Positions 1-14,850 of a DNA stretch of 64,000 bases are shown here, piece after piece. This stretch comes from Octopus bimaculoides. Lineage: Eukaryota. Every line of letters begins with the position of its first letter. Position 1 is the first letter of the stretch. The translations under genes were made by a program, and so were the position numbers. The notes beneath the pieces are model-generated. The model searched no databases. It was not told the origin of the DNA and was given only the letters and a program-made list of their open reading frames with translations. The stretch lies in NCBI RefSeq assembly GCF_001194135.2, contig NC_068997.1, forward strand, positions 10,769,255 to 10,833,254. The letters run 5' to 3'.

Positions 1-61
1 ACGAAAATGAGAAAAAAAAACTGATTTATTCAAAGATTACTTAAACGAAAAATAGATGATC

Positions 62-93
62 GCTCCTCTCCCTCTCTTTCACTCTTTCTCTCT

Positions 94-131
<38 letters not shown>

Positions 132-283
132 TCTCTGTATATATAAACACTGTATTATATACATAAAGTAATCCATGAAATAATATTTGTATATACTTTC
201 TTCTTCTTCTTCTTCTTAGCACCATCATCGTCGTCGTCATCGTCATCCCCATCGTCGTCGTCCGTCGCCATTATCATCATCAT
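62..283. repeat. CT-rich, (TA)n, (CTT)n and (CGT/CAT)n simple repeats
   Basis: Read directly. Confidence 0.9.
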
Positions 284-1663
284 TGAAGATTACTTCGGAG
301 AATTCTGCCATGTTCATAGTGCTTTGACACGATTGTGAGATTACCTGTGTTGACGAAAACTCCTGAAGTTTCAGTTCCCATTTTCATTGTGGCTTTTCCG
401 TTCGGGTATTAACCCTTTTCTTGCCAATAAAAATGTAAGTTGAAAAACGACGTTAAAGTTGGAACGGCTGATTCATTACAAACTCTGAAAACACTTTATT
501 CTTGCAGTAAATGTAATTTTTGAATCAAATACTAAATACACACAAGTATCAAAGCTCCGGCTAATCTCTATAGAAATCAAATTGTCATGTACACAAACTG
601 GATATAGATTAATTTGCAACAGCAACCGGAAATCGACCTTATGAGCCTATGGTTCGGGAAGGACTTTGATCCATTTTCTTTTCTTATTTTCTCTTTTCCC
701 GATAGATGAAATACTGAAATATACTTTTATTTGAATAGTATTTTATCTTACAAGCTGTTTGCCGTATGGATGACCAGACTGAAATATTGCGAGTCGGTTA
801 ATCTATTAAGTTGTTAATATGTAAGAGAGAAGCCATTTTTCATCACACATCTATGTTTTGCAGGGGTCTCTGTATAAGACATCTGTTTTCGTTAGAATTA
901 TTTTTTCAGAAAAAAATAACCATTTAGATTAGTATGTTTGGGACATATTGGACCATTTATAAGGGCTGTATTTATAGCTTATTTGATGTGGAAAGCTTTC
1001 GTCCCGTTAGGCAATTAATTTTGAGACACACTAGCGGTCATTTTAAGGCGTCTTGTCTAGGAAATGATTTCGGAATCATTTGTCTCGTTATAAGAAACCT
1101 GCACCAAAACTTGAACTGGTCATGTTTGATGTTGGTCCTGGTTATATAAGACATTTTTGTGCGCGTGAAAGCAATGTTGCGAATAAAAGAAATATTTAGA
1201 TGAGTTCAAAATGTGTCCAAAGAAGTAATACCAGACCTGTGGTTCTAATGATCCATTATAAGTAATTACTTATAATGTTGATGATAATCTAAAATATGAC
1301 GTCGACAACAATTACATGAATGTATGTATAAGTGTTTGTATGTATGCTTGTACGTACGTATGTATGTATATATGCATGTATATATATATATATATNNNNN
1401 NNNNNNNNNNNNNNNNNNNNNNNNNNNNNNNNNNNNNNNNNNNNNNNNNNNNNNNNNNNNNNNNNNNNNNNNNNNNNNNNNNNNNNNNNNNNNNNNNNNN
1501 NNNNNNNNNNNNNNNNNNNNNNNNNNNNNNNNNNNNNNNNNNNNNNNNNNNNNNNNNNNNNNNNNNNNNNNNNNNNNNNNNNNNNNNNNNNNNNNNNNNN
1601 NNNNNNNNNNNNNNNNNNNNNNNNNNNNNNNNGTGTGTGTGTGTGTGCGCGCGCGTGTGTAAA

Positions 1664-1957
1664 GGCGCATAGCTTAGTGAGTAGGGTGTTGAAGTCAGGA
1701 TTGCAAGATTGTGGCTTCGATTCCCAGACCGGGCGTTGCGTTGTGTTCTTGAGCAAAGCACTTCATTTAACGTTGATCTCCGCTTATTTCTTCATCTGAC
1801 ATGTGGCACCCAGTTCACCTGTACAGCTAATGTCGATTTGATGGAGGGCGTGAGCTTATCTGTACACAAACATTTGATCACAATAAACAAATCATCTGTG
1901 TGTTTGTTCGGCAAGAAATTGCCAAATCCTCATACGTCGTCTAACGATGGGGGAGTC
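1664..1957 (+). mobile_element. tRNA-derived SINE, family C
   Basis: GGCGCATAGCTTAGTGAGTAGGG (A box)...GGCTTCGATTCCCAGACCGG (B box)...TGTGTTCTTGAGCAAAGCACTT. Head and tail are similar to the copies at 42882 and 31988. Confidence 0.75.
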
Positions 1958-3653
1958 TATGATACGATTAGAAAATTCTGGGGAAGAACCACAGAGAATT
2001 CACTCATAGTAGAAAATGTCTTAATCGTGCCTGTACCCTACAAGACTTGATAATACAGAATCATTTTACTTCAGTATACAATAGAATATGTTTAAGTACC
2101 GTTCAAAGTTTTGCTTGTGGTTGTACCACATTTACTAGTCATTGTTCAATATAAACACTATGTTAATTTTTCTTTCTTCATGGAAAAATATTTAAAAAGT
2201 ATTTCGTTAAAAATGATGGCATTGGTTTATCATAGCATTAACAGAAACTAAGGAATGAAAGTTAATGCTTTTCTAACCAACGGCACATAAAGCAGAATTT
2301 AAAATTAAATATTAAATATGTTTTATAGTGTCTGACAGAGCATTAAATGCTTTAGAATGCTCGACAGTTAAAAGTTGACCAATTAAAACAAATATGCGAT
2401 TAAATGTGAATTAAAAACTTTGAAGGCCTCGGTGATAGGAGAGACAAGAAATAGGATTTCAACTGACCGCAAAAGGATAATAATGTTGAACGCTCGCGGA
2501 TCTTGTCGCGGCCTGTAATATTGTCGTCAAATAATACAAATTACATGACTAAGAGTAAAATAGAAATAAAAGACATATCTTGCAATGATTCAGACATTTA
2601 TTTCTGTAAATATAAACAATGACCAGGACTAAGTTCATTCAAACATTTGCCAGATAACAGAATATTTCGCATACGTAATGGCTATAAATATTAGTACCTT
2701 AAAGGATAATGAAAAGAATGTATATTACAGAATTTTCTTACGTGAGAGAAAATACATCTTTAATGAAATGCAAGAAGTGAAAAAATCAATATAGAAATAT
2801 CATGCAACACATCGAAAAGAATGTTTGTCTGTATGCAATATGGTGTAAGATATATGCATTACAAAATACAGTCATAAGTGCTTTCTCTTGTTTTTGTGGG
2901 AAAAGAGTTGCAAGTCCTTTAAATGAGTTAGAAGTTAATTGATACTACCAACATCGTAGATAAATGCCAGAATAATAAAAAAACAGTTCTAAGCCTGACT
3001 ATAATAGGAATTTAGTGTCGTAGTTGTTTACAAGAATAATACTTTGGCATGCAGTCACTTTCCTTCATCAACGAAAGGGGTTCATAATTTACGATGATAT
3101 CTTTGGAGAGTCATATCATCAGAGATTTCAATTGGTACAAAAGTGCTTATTAGGTTCAACTTGTACAAGGCATCACCTCTGCAGCAACACTTATGCGACG
3201 GCTAAAGTATCATGTGATCGTGTCACTAGCTGACGTACCAGTACGCTTATTACTTTCCGTTACATCCGGCTGTTGCCATATAAATGAGCTTATAGACTAA
3301 TTTACGGAGTAAGCTAATCATATGACGGCAGCCAGAAATAAGTATCAGCCTGCTACAAGAGTTTGAAGGTTAAAGCTCAGTCGCTGTGAAGATTAGACAC
3401 AATTACTGTCACACTGTTTGATAAAATGCTGGAAAATATAATTTATTTTAATTAAAATTCCACCTGTTGTCTCTGCTGAATTTTCTCATTAAAATTGGTT
3501 ATTAAAAGGTGAACAGTTTCTCCTGGTGATGGGTATAAATCAATTCATTATATTTTTTTGTCAAGTAGTATGATAAATAGGTCATGATATATCACCCTTT
3601 TTACGAAGAGTGTAAAGAAAATAATTCCAGCATCTGCAGCAATACTGGAAATC

Positions 3654-3706
<53 letters not shown>

Positions 3707-4090
3707 NNNNNNNNNNNNNNNNNNNNNNNNNNNNNNNNNNNNNNNNNNNNNNNNNNNNNNNNNNNNNNNNNNNNNNNNNNNNNNNNNNNNNNNNNNNNNN
3801 NNNNNNNNNNNNNNNNNNNNNNNNNNNNNNNNNNNNNNNNNNNNNNNNNNNNNNNNNNNNNNNNNNNNNNNNNNNNNNNNNNNNNNNNNNNNNNNNNNNN
3901 NNNNNNNNNNNNNNNNNNNNNNNNNNNNNNNNNNNNNNNNNNNNNNNNNNNNNNNNNNNNNNNNNNNNNNNNNNNNNNNNNNNNNNNNNNNNNNNNNNNN
4001 NNNNNNNNNNNNNNNNNNNNNNNNNNNNNNNNNNNNNNNNNNNNNNNNNNNNNNNNNNNNNNNNNNNNNNNNNNNNNNNNNNNNNNNNNN

Positions 4091-4148
<58 letters not shown>

Positions 4149-6046
4149 CTCACATACACACGTGTTAAAGAAGAACTTGTCTGCATGAATATTAATGTCA
4201 AAACAGTAACATTCAAAATTAATCTAGAACAATTTAAAATGTGTGCGGTGTTGTCGCTAAAGACACCGGAAATTAAACATAGTTTTGGACATAAAATTGA
4301 TGAACAAATATTCTTGTATGACCCCCAAATATGAGACCTCAAATTGCATGTGTTTCATGTCAATATATTAAGAGAAGAAGACAATTCTTAGGACTTTATA
4401 CATGGTTGTATACGTTCTTGACATTCATGATAAACGAACAAAAAGTAACAAGAAGAGTGGAACGAACAAAAATAAGTGTTATACATCCATACAAATTTAA
4501 GGGGAAAAATAAGCAAATGAAAATCAAAATAAGAGCACAATAATGCTATTAACATAACAACGTCAGAAAGAAACAAAGTAGAACTGTTCAGGTAGTTGTC
4601 ATTCGTCAGGAAACAAAAATCAAAGAGAAAACCTCTGCGGAAGCAATGCATAACAATGATACCACATAATAAATGGTTAAAATGAAGGGACGAATGTCAA
4701 TAGAACGAAGCAGGAGAGTTCAGGTAGGAAATTGTTTTTTCTGCTAAAGGAGATAATGTGTGAGTATTCAGTATGAGCGTGTGCGTGTGTTTCTGTGAGT
4801 GAGTATGTTTCTGTGAGTGTGGGTATATATGTCTGTGTGTGTGTGTCTGTGTGTGCGTCTGTGGTTGTATGTGTGTGTATCTGCGTTCATGTATGTATTA
4901 TATAAGGGTATTTTATCGAGCCAACGGAGATAAAGTGCGCGTGTATGCTCTGTATGAATGTGTACATATGTGCGCTGGTAAAAATGTGATGAAAGTTTAG
5001 AACAATGTTTGTGGGCATGTTGTGTGAGTACGTTTAGGTGATCAGAATGTTGTATAGAATGTGTGATTAAGTTCTGAGGATGTGTGATAAAAATGTAATG
5101 TGTATACATGTGTGCGCAGAAGATTAGGTTGGGTGTAAATGTAAGCGAAGAAGATTACCAGCGTGTAGGGTTGTTAGAGTCCTCAGTAGTTGTAAGAAAT
5201 ATTTATACGACTTAGGTGAGCTACATGTGAGGAGATAATTAGGTATTCTTCACGGCACAAATAGGAAAAACGTTAAACGAATTTGCTAAACGACAGGGCA
5301 GGCAGTGAGGTATAAGTTGGTATGACGAGAAGCATTGAAATAAAGACCTACAAGTCGAAGTAATTTAATTTTGTTAGTTGGAAAGATCTCTATAAAACGG
5401 TCTTTCAAACTTTCAAATTACAAGAAGCTATGAAGTCGATATTTCATGTAATAATGTTCCTATTGGTGTCGATGGAACGATGACTAGCATGGAAGGAATN
5501 NNNNNNNNNNNNNNNNNNNNNNNNNNNNNNNNNNNNNNNNNNNNNNNNNNNNNNNNNNNNNNNNNNNNNNNNNNNNNNNNNNNNNNNNNNNNNNNNNNNN
5601 NNNNNNNNNNNNNNNNNNNNNNNNNNNNNNNNNNNNNNNNNNNNNNNNNNNNNNNNNNNNNNNNNNNNNNNNNNNNNNNNNNNNNNNNNNNNNNNNNNNN
5701 NNNNNNNNNNNNNNNNNNNNNNNNNNNNNNNNNNNNNNNNNNNNNNNNNNNNNNNNNNNNNNNNNNNNNNNNNNNNNNNNNNNNNNNNNNNNNNNNNNNN
5801 NNNNNNNNNNNNNNNNNNNNNNNNNNNNNNNNNNNNNNNNNNNNNNNNNNNNNNNNNNNNNNNNNNNNNNNNNNNNNNNNNNNNNNNNNNNNNNNNNNNN
5901 NNNNNNNNNNNNNNNNNNNNNNNNNNNNNNNNNNNNNNNNNNNNNNNNNNNNNNNNNNNNNNNNNNNNNNNNNNNNNNNNNNNNNNNNNNNNNNNNNNNN
6001 NNNNNNNNNNNNNNNNNNNNNNNNNNNNNNNNNNNNNNNNNNNNNN

Positions 6047-6079
<33 letters not shown>

Positions 6080-6964
6080 TCTGTCTGTCTGTCTGTCTAT
6101 CTATCTATATATGTACACATATACATACATTTACTCATATAGGTGCAAGTATGTATGCATATAATAATCACACTTTAGTAATGCATTATTTGTATTGAGA
6201 TTCTGTGTATATCATCATATGCCAAAAAGTTCGATAACGGAAATATCTGCTGTTTCATTGTCAGTACAGTAATCTTAGCTATGAAACATTAAAGAAAAAA
6301 CAGTCCAAAATAAAATATAAAAACAACGAAAGAAAATAGAAGTAAAAATACCACTTTTCTAAATAGTGAAGGAATCTTCATAATAAAAACCTTGAATTAC
6401 TTTTATGTCTTTATTTGCTCAATGATATAGTTGTCTGCGACCGAGAAGAAATCTATGTATCAAATTGGCAGCTTCTGTCACAAACACTTCATGTTCTGAA
6501 AGATTCCGTTGTCGTCAAACAATGCTATTCACCATATTTGATTATTATGCTATGAAGTTATAAAGAGAACCAACATTTTTTTCTGACGCAACAGTATTGC
6601 TACTTCTATTCTGTACAGCATCAATGCATTCAGACCTTTGACACTTAAATCCAACATACCTTTATTGATTCTCGAAATGGGCGTGTAACAAGCTTTTCCG
6701 ATCTTTCTCATCTTTGAATATCGATCTATTTTCTTTGAAGTTCACCTATTAGTGAAAACTGCCTGTAACATGTTAACAAGTGATTTATTACACTTTACGT
6801 AATGGTATCTTGTATAAATTCTTGTTATAATGCTAAATTGAGACTTCCTGCAAGTTATCGTAGATATCTTAAAAGGAACATTATATAATATCACTAATTT
6901 ATAGACATGTTTTCTAAAATCTCAATTAAAATAGCAATTACTCTGACCCTTTATGCTTTCAAAT

Positions 6965-7051
6965 ACATGTCTCACTCATTCACTCTCTCTCTCTTTCTTT
7001 CTCTCTCTTTCTTTCTCTCTCTTTCTTTCTCTCTCTTTCTTTCTCTCTCTT

Positions 7052-7088
<37 letters not shown>

Positions 7089-7320
7089 AACTCATTCTCT
7101 CCTTTATGTGTGTTTGTGTGGGCGTACGCCTGTGTTCACAAGCAAATATGTGTATATCTTTGTATGTTTATACACAGATATCTTTATCTCTAAAGTTGAA
7201 GAAGTGACAGACACTATCAAATACATATAGAGGGGGTTACTAAATTGTGTAAATTTCATGAACCAATCTAAGAAAATGCTTAACGTGTATGTATGTATAC
7301 ATACATACATATATATATAC

Positions 7321-7382
<62 letters not shown>

Positions 7383-7425
7383 TTATATATATATATACAC
7401 GTGTGTGTGTGTGTGTGTGTGTATG
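6965..7425. repeat. (CT/TTTC)n and (TA)n/(GT)n microsatellite cluster
   Basis: Read directly. Confidence 0.9.
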
Positions 7426-7679
7426 TGTGTGAATATGTTTAATATATGTGTTATTAACTTAAATGTTTTGCTTGAGTGATTCACAACCGCCTGTATTTAT
7501 CCTGATGTGGTTAAACATGTCATATAACCAAATAACTGAAGTCGACAATAAACATAAAGGGTGAATAGAAAAGTTCAATGACAACCACGCATTTCCTTCT
7601 TTTCTGGAATTCCAATAGTCATGAAAATATGATTAAGTTAATATTTAACTTTCTGTGAAGCAAATCTGAAAAGAATATC

Positions 7680-7980
7680 CGCTGGAATTGTGAGGAAGCA
7701 AGTAATAATCGACTCCGGTGCTTAACTGCTACTTATTTTGGCGACCAGGAAATGATGAAAGACAAAGTCGACCTCAGCGGAATTTGAACGCAGAAGGAAA
7801 TAAGGAATATAGGTTTCAGGTTTTGGTACAAAACCAGCAATTTCGGGGGAAGGGTCTAAATCGACTGGACCGACTCAGAACTTATTTTATCGACTGTGAA
7901 AAGCAAAGTCGACCACGGCGGTCGAAATGCCGTCAAGCATATTTTTCCGGCGTGTTAACAAATCTGTCAGCTTGTCGCTT
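7680..7980 (-). mobile_element. Two tandem SINE family A copies
   Basis: AAAGTCGACC...CGG occurs twice (about 7765 and 7910), and the reverse-complemented head is at 7960-7980. Confidence 0.7.
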
Positions 7981-9762
7981 TAAGGAAACAAGAAATGTTA
8001 GCGTTTAAATATTTTCATTTAACTTTTCATAGAAATTATTGGAAATGTATATAATTAATATTTAAGATGGATCAAGATACATCTGCATAGGTTTCATATC
8101 AGATGTTTCTACGGTCCCTTATATCCCAATATTATTATGTCAGCTGTTTTATATGATTTATACAAAATTTATTCTATTTATTCTAAGATTAATATTATCT
8201 CTTGGGTTAATAAAATATTTGTATTAAAAAATCTATTCTATATGCAAAGGTATTTTACTCGTACAAAACAGCAATTCACTTTATATATCAATAATTTTAT
8301 GCAAGTATATACATTTAGTTTCCTTTTCTCTCTGTACAAATATACACAAGAAACACACATCGTTTATATAAGTTTCGCTATAATGTATTTAATATTTGCT
8401 GCCCCTATAACACCTTCAAATACTGTGAGATATATTGGAAATAAATAGCAATGGATAGTGTATTTAATGACTAAATCCAGTCTGCAAATAGGGCGAGATT
8501 AGCTTTTATGTTCACGCTATGATTGGAAAGCTTCTCTTGATGGAGCACGTCTTCTATGCTATTCCAATATATTTGTTTAATAAATAATCATTGTAGGTAT
8601 CTAAGAATGTGACTTTGTCAATGCTACTCGGTTATGCGGTTGGCATAAACAGCTTTGTATGTGTTTATATAGTTGATTAGGTTCTCGCAAGCCAAGTGTT
8701 TTCATAATAAATTTGGAGATTATTCAAGGTTTTATCACAATCATGCTGAACTAAGAAGTTTTCTATTAACTAAGATCTGAAATCTTTATAATAATACAGC
8801 CTATGTTTGACGGTAGTTTCGCTCAGTTTGATTGGCAAATATTATGGTCAGCCGAAATGTCATAGTTGCACTAGTGAATAAGTTTCAGTGCGAATATTAG
8901 ATATAAATTCTATAACAGCTATTATGCTTTCTTACTGCACTATTTAACTGGTGTCCAGAACACTTATTAACTTTTCTTTATTTACTGCCCTCGAATACAT
9001 TTTCCTGGCAAGAACTAATATATCATTATTTTATTAAGCTACTCAAGTGGGTGTAAGGGTAAATAAAGAAGTAATGAAGTGTGAAAGGCTGAAAGAACAT
9101 TCTTTTTTAAGTTATTGGAATTTGCTAATTGATAATATTTCTATTAACGTTTGCAAAGAACTCGGCTCAAGTGCTTTCGTCTACGTTCTGAGAAAAACTT
9201 TAATTATTTTAAACGATTCATTAAGTTTTATAAGGAGAATGGAAACTGGGCGTATGGTTCGTATATCAGTCTAGCAGTCAAATATTCATACATCAGCTGC
9301 AGTGCTCTATGACCGCAGTATTTAATTTAACAACTTATAAAGGGAAACTTTATGTAAATCGCGTGTACTTAGGTAGCTTACAGTACTGAGTTCAAACACT
9401 GTCTATGGAATAAGAAAAAAACATATGCAATAAATGAACAATGAATGAGATGAGATATCCACTGCACTGAACGTATGTCCTATTCGTGGTTACTTCACAT
9501 GCTAGAAATTACAGTCAAATGTCCACAAAATCAAACATTGCCATTTCCAATAAATAAAATCAAGGGCATGTTGGATAATATAAACTGATACACAGCATTT
9601 CTAAAAGGACCAGTTAGTCACTGATATAACGACTTTGGTAATAAATCTGATTGGGATTGAATGGAGGTTGAAGACTACCAACAACAGACATAAATGCACT
9701 AAGTTACCTGTCCAAATACGAAAATGTCGCTCAATTCGTCAGTATTATTAAGTATGTAATAT

Positions 9763-9973
9763 AAAGCGACGCGCTGGCAGAACCGTTAGCACGCCGGGCA
9801 AAATACTTAGGAACAATTCGTCAGTCTTTACTTTCAAATTCCGCCGAAATTGACTTTGCCTTTCATCGTCTGGGTCGATAAAAAAGTACCAGTTGAGCAG
9901 TGGGGTCGATATAATCGACATATTCTCTTCCCTGATGTTACCCAACCGTGTGTCGAAATTTGAAATCATTATT
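9763..9973 (+). mobile_element. SINE family A
   Basis: AAAGCGACGCGCTGGCAGAACCGTTAGCACGCCGGG...TTGACTTTGCCTTTCATCG...GTACCAGTTGAGCAGTGGGGTCGAT...TTTGAAATCATTATT. Confidence 0.85.
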
Positions 9974-12900
9974 AAATCTGAAATAAACTTCACTCAATTT
10001 TGCCCAATTAAAATATGTACACAAAGTAATACCACCAACTCGTGTTTTGGTTCTTTTCGCGATGTTCACACTTATACCCAGTCAGGTATTGATCGCAGTA
10101 TATTTGGATCGGGCATCAGTCTCTCGCACACCTGACAGGAATTCCATACATCATGGAGAATGATGCTACTTCCCCAAACAAACTTATCAAAATAAACCCC
10201 AATCACTACGCACTGAAACAAAATAATATTGAATTATAAAAAATTATAATGTCATATTTTATATTATAACACTATGTGATTAAGCTTAGCACGAGTACTT
10301 AAAAAAAAACTTGGCTTTTCTCTCATAAGGTATCGGGTTCGATCCTACTGTGTGGTGCCGTGGAGAAACCGTTTAGTTTTTATCTACTTCGGTTCATTCC
10401 GACCATTGTGAATGAAGCCGGATACAAACTTGACGTATTTTACAGTATTTCGATTATTAGGTTTGTTTAATTTACAAAAAAGGGATGCTATGGATATATG
10501 TACGCATATTAAAAGTCAAATTTTAAGTCCCTAATATCCAGGGCTGTATTTTGGCTGTCTAATATTGTTATTAGGTTTAATAAAGAATTTAGGTAATATA
10601 AAAACAAAATTTTATCACATGCGCATGTTATTCATGCGAAAGAGCAACTTGTCTTATGTGTGAATCTAATGTGGCTGAAATGCAAAGCTTCTCCTTTGTG
10701 ACATAATGTCCTGGCTTACGATTTCATGATTATGTTAAAGGAATCTATGAGATAACCAACCAATTAGACGTCAATTTAACGAGTGTCTCGCTCAGTTGCT
10801 TAAACATTTGAATACGCATGGTCGAAACAGCATGATGCCCACCAATAATTTAGATATTTCTCTATTGTAATCTGTTCCTGCTATATTCTAGTCGGTCATC
10901 TGTCTTAACATAGATGCAGAGACGGGTAAATGGATGTCCACCAGTTTCGCTAATGAATAATCCAAGTGATCCACTTCTTCATTGAATTAGAGTGCAAGCT
11001 GTTGACTATTGCATATGCATGTGCACCGTTAATGTAACATAATGCGAAATTAGCATCACGCAGTGTACAACAATTCTAGCGCTGTGGGTTATAGGTAATG
11101 TATGCAATAGGCTGGCACACGGGTTCTAATTGCTCACTTTAAACCTTAAGGCATAGACCGTCTCTAGACTAATGTGAAACACGTCCGGGCAAAGTGCCAC
11201 GTAGTGTAGCTGAACATGGGATTTTGTGATTGCGAAGCAAACTCCGTTTATATATAATGGGCTCATGCAGTGTCCATTTCACACACGCATACACACACAT
11301 ACCCCAACTTATGCACACACCTATATATAGTTATGAATGTTTTACAGAAACATTATCCTAAAATACAATAATATACTATATTATCATTGAAAAAGAAATT
11401 CGCAAAATAAATCAATAATACAAATAATATTAATATCAAAATACCATTTTCTTACATCCTGGGACTAACAACATATCTTTCTAGCATCAGGTCACCAATT
11501 TCCAAGTTAATTTCCATGGCGTTTTCTAATTGCTTCCTATTGATAATTAAATTATCTAGAAATAAAAGGAAGAAGCAGTATTCATAAAGTAAAAGAAGAT
11601 TTTTTTCTCTCACATCCTCTTCCTGTCTCCCTCGCTTAATTACATTATAAAGTAATTTGATTATAAGAGATTTTTAAGAAGTTAGATTTCATTAGAAATA
11701 GTAACGTTGCTATACTTCAGGAAGGCTAGTATTATCTCATAAAAGAAAATTAGCTGTCTTTGTTTAATGAAATACAAATGAAGTTTGATTTTATCTCTCC
11801 CTCTAAGATGTGAATCTTTCAAAGTTTTCAGTATGAGATAATCACCCCGATAACATTTGCGTCACATGTTATGTAAAATAACTTCAAACGGGAATTTTAA
11901 TTGTGTTACGAACTCAGCTGACCGAAAGAATAAAAAAAAAAAAGTTGTCTGTGGTATACATGCCATTGATAGAGATATTTCGGGTTCAAGGATGTCGAAC
12001 GATTTACAAATATAAAATGTTGAAACTGTCAAACAGTTAGGTCCCCGAGACTTCACAATTCCACCACCCGTTATAAAAGTTACTTTTCATCATATTTACA
12101 TGGATGGTTAAGGCCTAATTCAGGGATAAATCGGGAAGATCTATGGGTAAAAACACGAGACATCCAGGATCGCATTATTCTCCATCTCTTATAAGCGGTC
12201 GTGTGCCATACGGAAATGCTGTTGATGGATAACCTTTTGATGTCGCCTGATCGAATTGATCATTCTTTTATTAGCATTCTCGGATTTATAATTTTGAAAT
12301 ATTACACTGATGAAGGAAATACGAATGGGTAATATATTTTACACCTCGTTAACCTAGAACCGCGTGGGTAATTAATAAAAGTCGGGTAGATTCGTTAGTT
12401 TTTTCCTTTATTACCTTTGTGGTTTGTGAGTGATGCTGTTTTGGGAGTCGTGTGTTTGGTAGAGAAATAGTAGTTTTGGCTGCTATTTCTAATTTTCGAT
12501 GTGTGATGAAGTAATACTTGCTGAACCCTAAATTTTAAATATATATATATAAACAACTTGTAGATAGTATATACTAACACTGAAATACATTTTAAAAATT
12601 ATTCTAATGCCTTGTATAAACTTCTTGTTTTTGCCGCTTGAAAATAAATATTAATGGTTTCTTAGTACGAAAATACAAAAAGGTGTCCAGAGTAGCAATT
12701 ACATGTTTTTGGCTAATTCTCTAAGATGACGAGAGACATTGCGATTGCAAAATGTACTCAATACAGGCTAAATCAGGTAGTTAAGGAAATGAAAACAGTA
12801 GAACATAAATTATTGCTGTAGTTATTGGTATTTAGCTGCATATAATTTCTGATGGAGAATACGTATAATTAATGTTGCTACAACCATTAGTATGTCATTG

Positions 12901-14070
12901 TGGTATGGTTTAACAACTGTACATGGTCTTTTAGTATCATTATCAAAGAAGATATATTTGCAAGCGTTCCGACCAGGTACTCGGTTTTCCTGTTTAGTAA
13001 GTCATTCAAATATACCATAAGAGTTCCGTTTCTTTGACTCATAATGTCGTAAAAAAGGCAATGTATCAAAAATTAGATATTATTTAATGTACACCTTCCT
13101 GTTTTATGACACTAGACTATGATTTGAGGGAAATTTGGTTATTAATTCTAGCAACGAAAAAAGACTGTTGTTCGTGCTGCTTGTGAGATAAATCATTTTT
13201 GATATAATATTTTAATATATAATATTATATAAAATATATATTATTATCCATAATTTAATATATAAGTTTATTCCATAAAGTTTTCTTAAATTTTATTTCG
13301 AACATAAAAGGAAGTACTCATAAAACATTAAAGTAACGAATAGATTGTTAAAATATTGAATCAACTAGTGTAGAGGAAATATATAACGCATATATATAGT
13401 TTGTTCAATAGACGCACAGTCTCAAAGGATTGATAGAAAACAAATATTGCTTAACTATGAAAAACATGAGTTATATATAGTTATATTTCAGAATAGAATC
13501 TGGTCATAGTTTGTAAACAGTAAAAGTTTCTATTGTAGTAACCGCTAACAATTGCCGTGTGGGTGGATCTTATTAGCTCGTTGGAAATTCAAAACTATGC
13601 AGTTTGAATCACCTGTCCATGACCATTGACGGTGTAGCAAAATCGAGAAAGAAGAATCGCCTCCAGTACTTCGCTGATGCGTCATAATTCCAGGAAGAAC
13701 AAAAGAAAATATTTCATCTAAGTAGGATTTGAACTCAGGGTGACAAAGAAAGAAACACAGGTAATATTGAAACCAAGGCGCTTTCAAGTCTACCAGTTTA
13801 TTGCAAAATGAGTCGCAAGCTAAATAAAAATATCGATAATGCGAGAGTGTAGTATAGAAACATTTTACATCTCTTAAAACAAGAGCATTTAAAACTAGTA
13901 CTTATGTTTGTTGACATCGATATTTCGTTTGCTTATGGCAATTTCTTACCAAGTTCAAGCCTAGTTGGAGTTGTTTTCCCTCCTCCTGGTATATACTGAA
14001 GTGGATGTAATCACATATATACCATCTGCTTATTTACGTCCTTGAAAGGACGTATTTAGTCAATATAGTA

Positions 14071-14163
14071 AGAGTGCTAGATACCAACATAATTAGAGTG
14101 CTAGATATCAACATAATTAAAGTGCTTTAGGTCAACATAATTAGAGTGCTAAATATAGACATA
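14071..14163. repeat. 24-bp tandem repeat, about 3.8 copies
   Basis: AGAGTGCTAGATACCAACATAATT-like units start at 14071, 14095, 14119 and 14143. Confidence 0.9.
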
Positions 14164-14303
14164 TCATATTCAGAAGCCGGTTCTAATTTGAATAAAAATT
14201 CATTTTATTTTCGCCTTTACAACTGATGGAAAAGACACAGATAGCAAACCACTGCATTTCTGCTCTTATTCCAATTATAGTGCTTTTGTGCAGATAAGTG
14301 AAA

Positions 14304-14340
<37 letters not shown>

Positions 14341-14396
14341 TGTTGGCCAGTTCAACCATTGTCAGACTGCAGTGCATTAACGTTAGTCATGCCTTA

Positions 14397-14438
<42 letters not shown>

Positions 14439-14589
14439 CAAGCTACGTGGACAGTCCGGACTCAGACTTTAAAGGCAAATAGCGGTGAATGATCCATGTA
14501 TCTTGTTTTTTCTTGTTTTCCCTTGTTCTTTTGTCCGCATATTGCATTTTGACGGTTTCCGTTTGTTGTGTTTCTTCTGGTCTACCTTT

Positions 14590-14659
14590 GATACATACAT
14601 ACATACATATATATGAATATATATATATATATGTATATATGTGTGTATATATACATAAT

Positions 14660-14706
<47 letters not shown>

Positions 14707-14807
14707 GCAAGTATATATGAATGTCTATATACGCATGTATATATGTACATATGCCTGTTTATATATATGTATGCATTTATATGTGTGTGTGTATATCTAT
14801 CTATCTA

Positions 14808-14850
<43 letters not shown>

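Noticed and set aside
14071-14163. CRISPR-like appearance of 24-bp repeats
   Set aside because: No unique spacers (units are contiguous), no cas genes, eukaryotic context.
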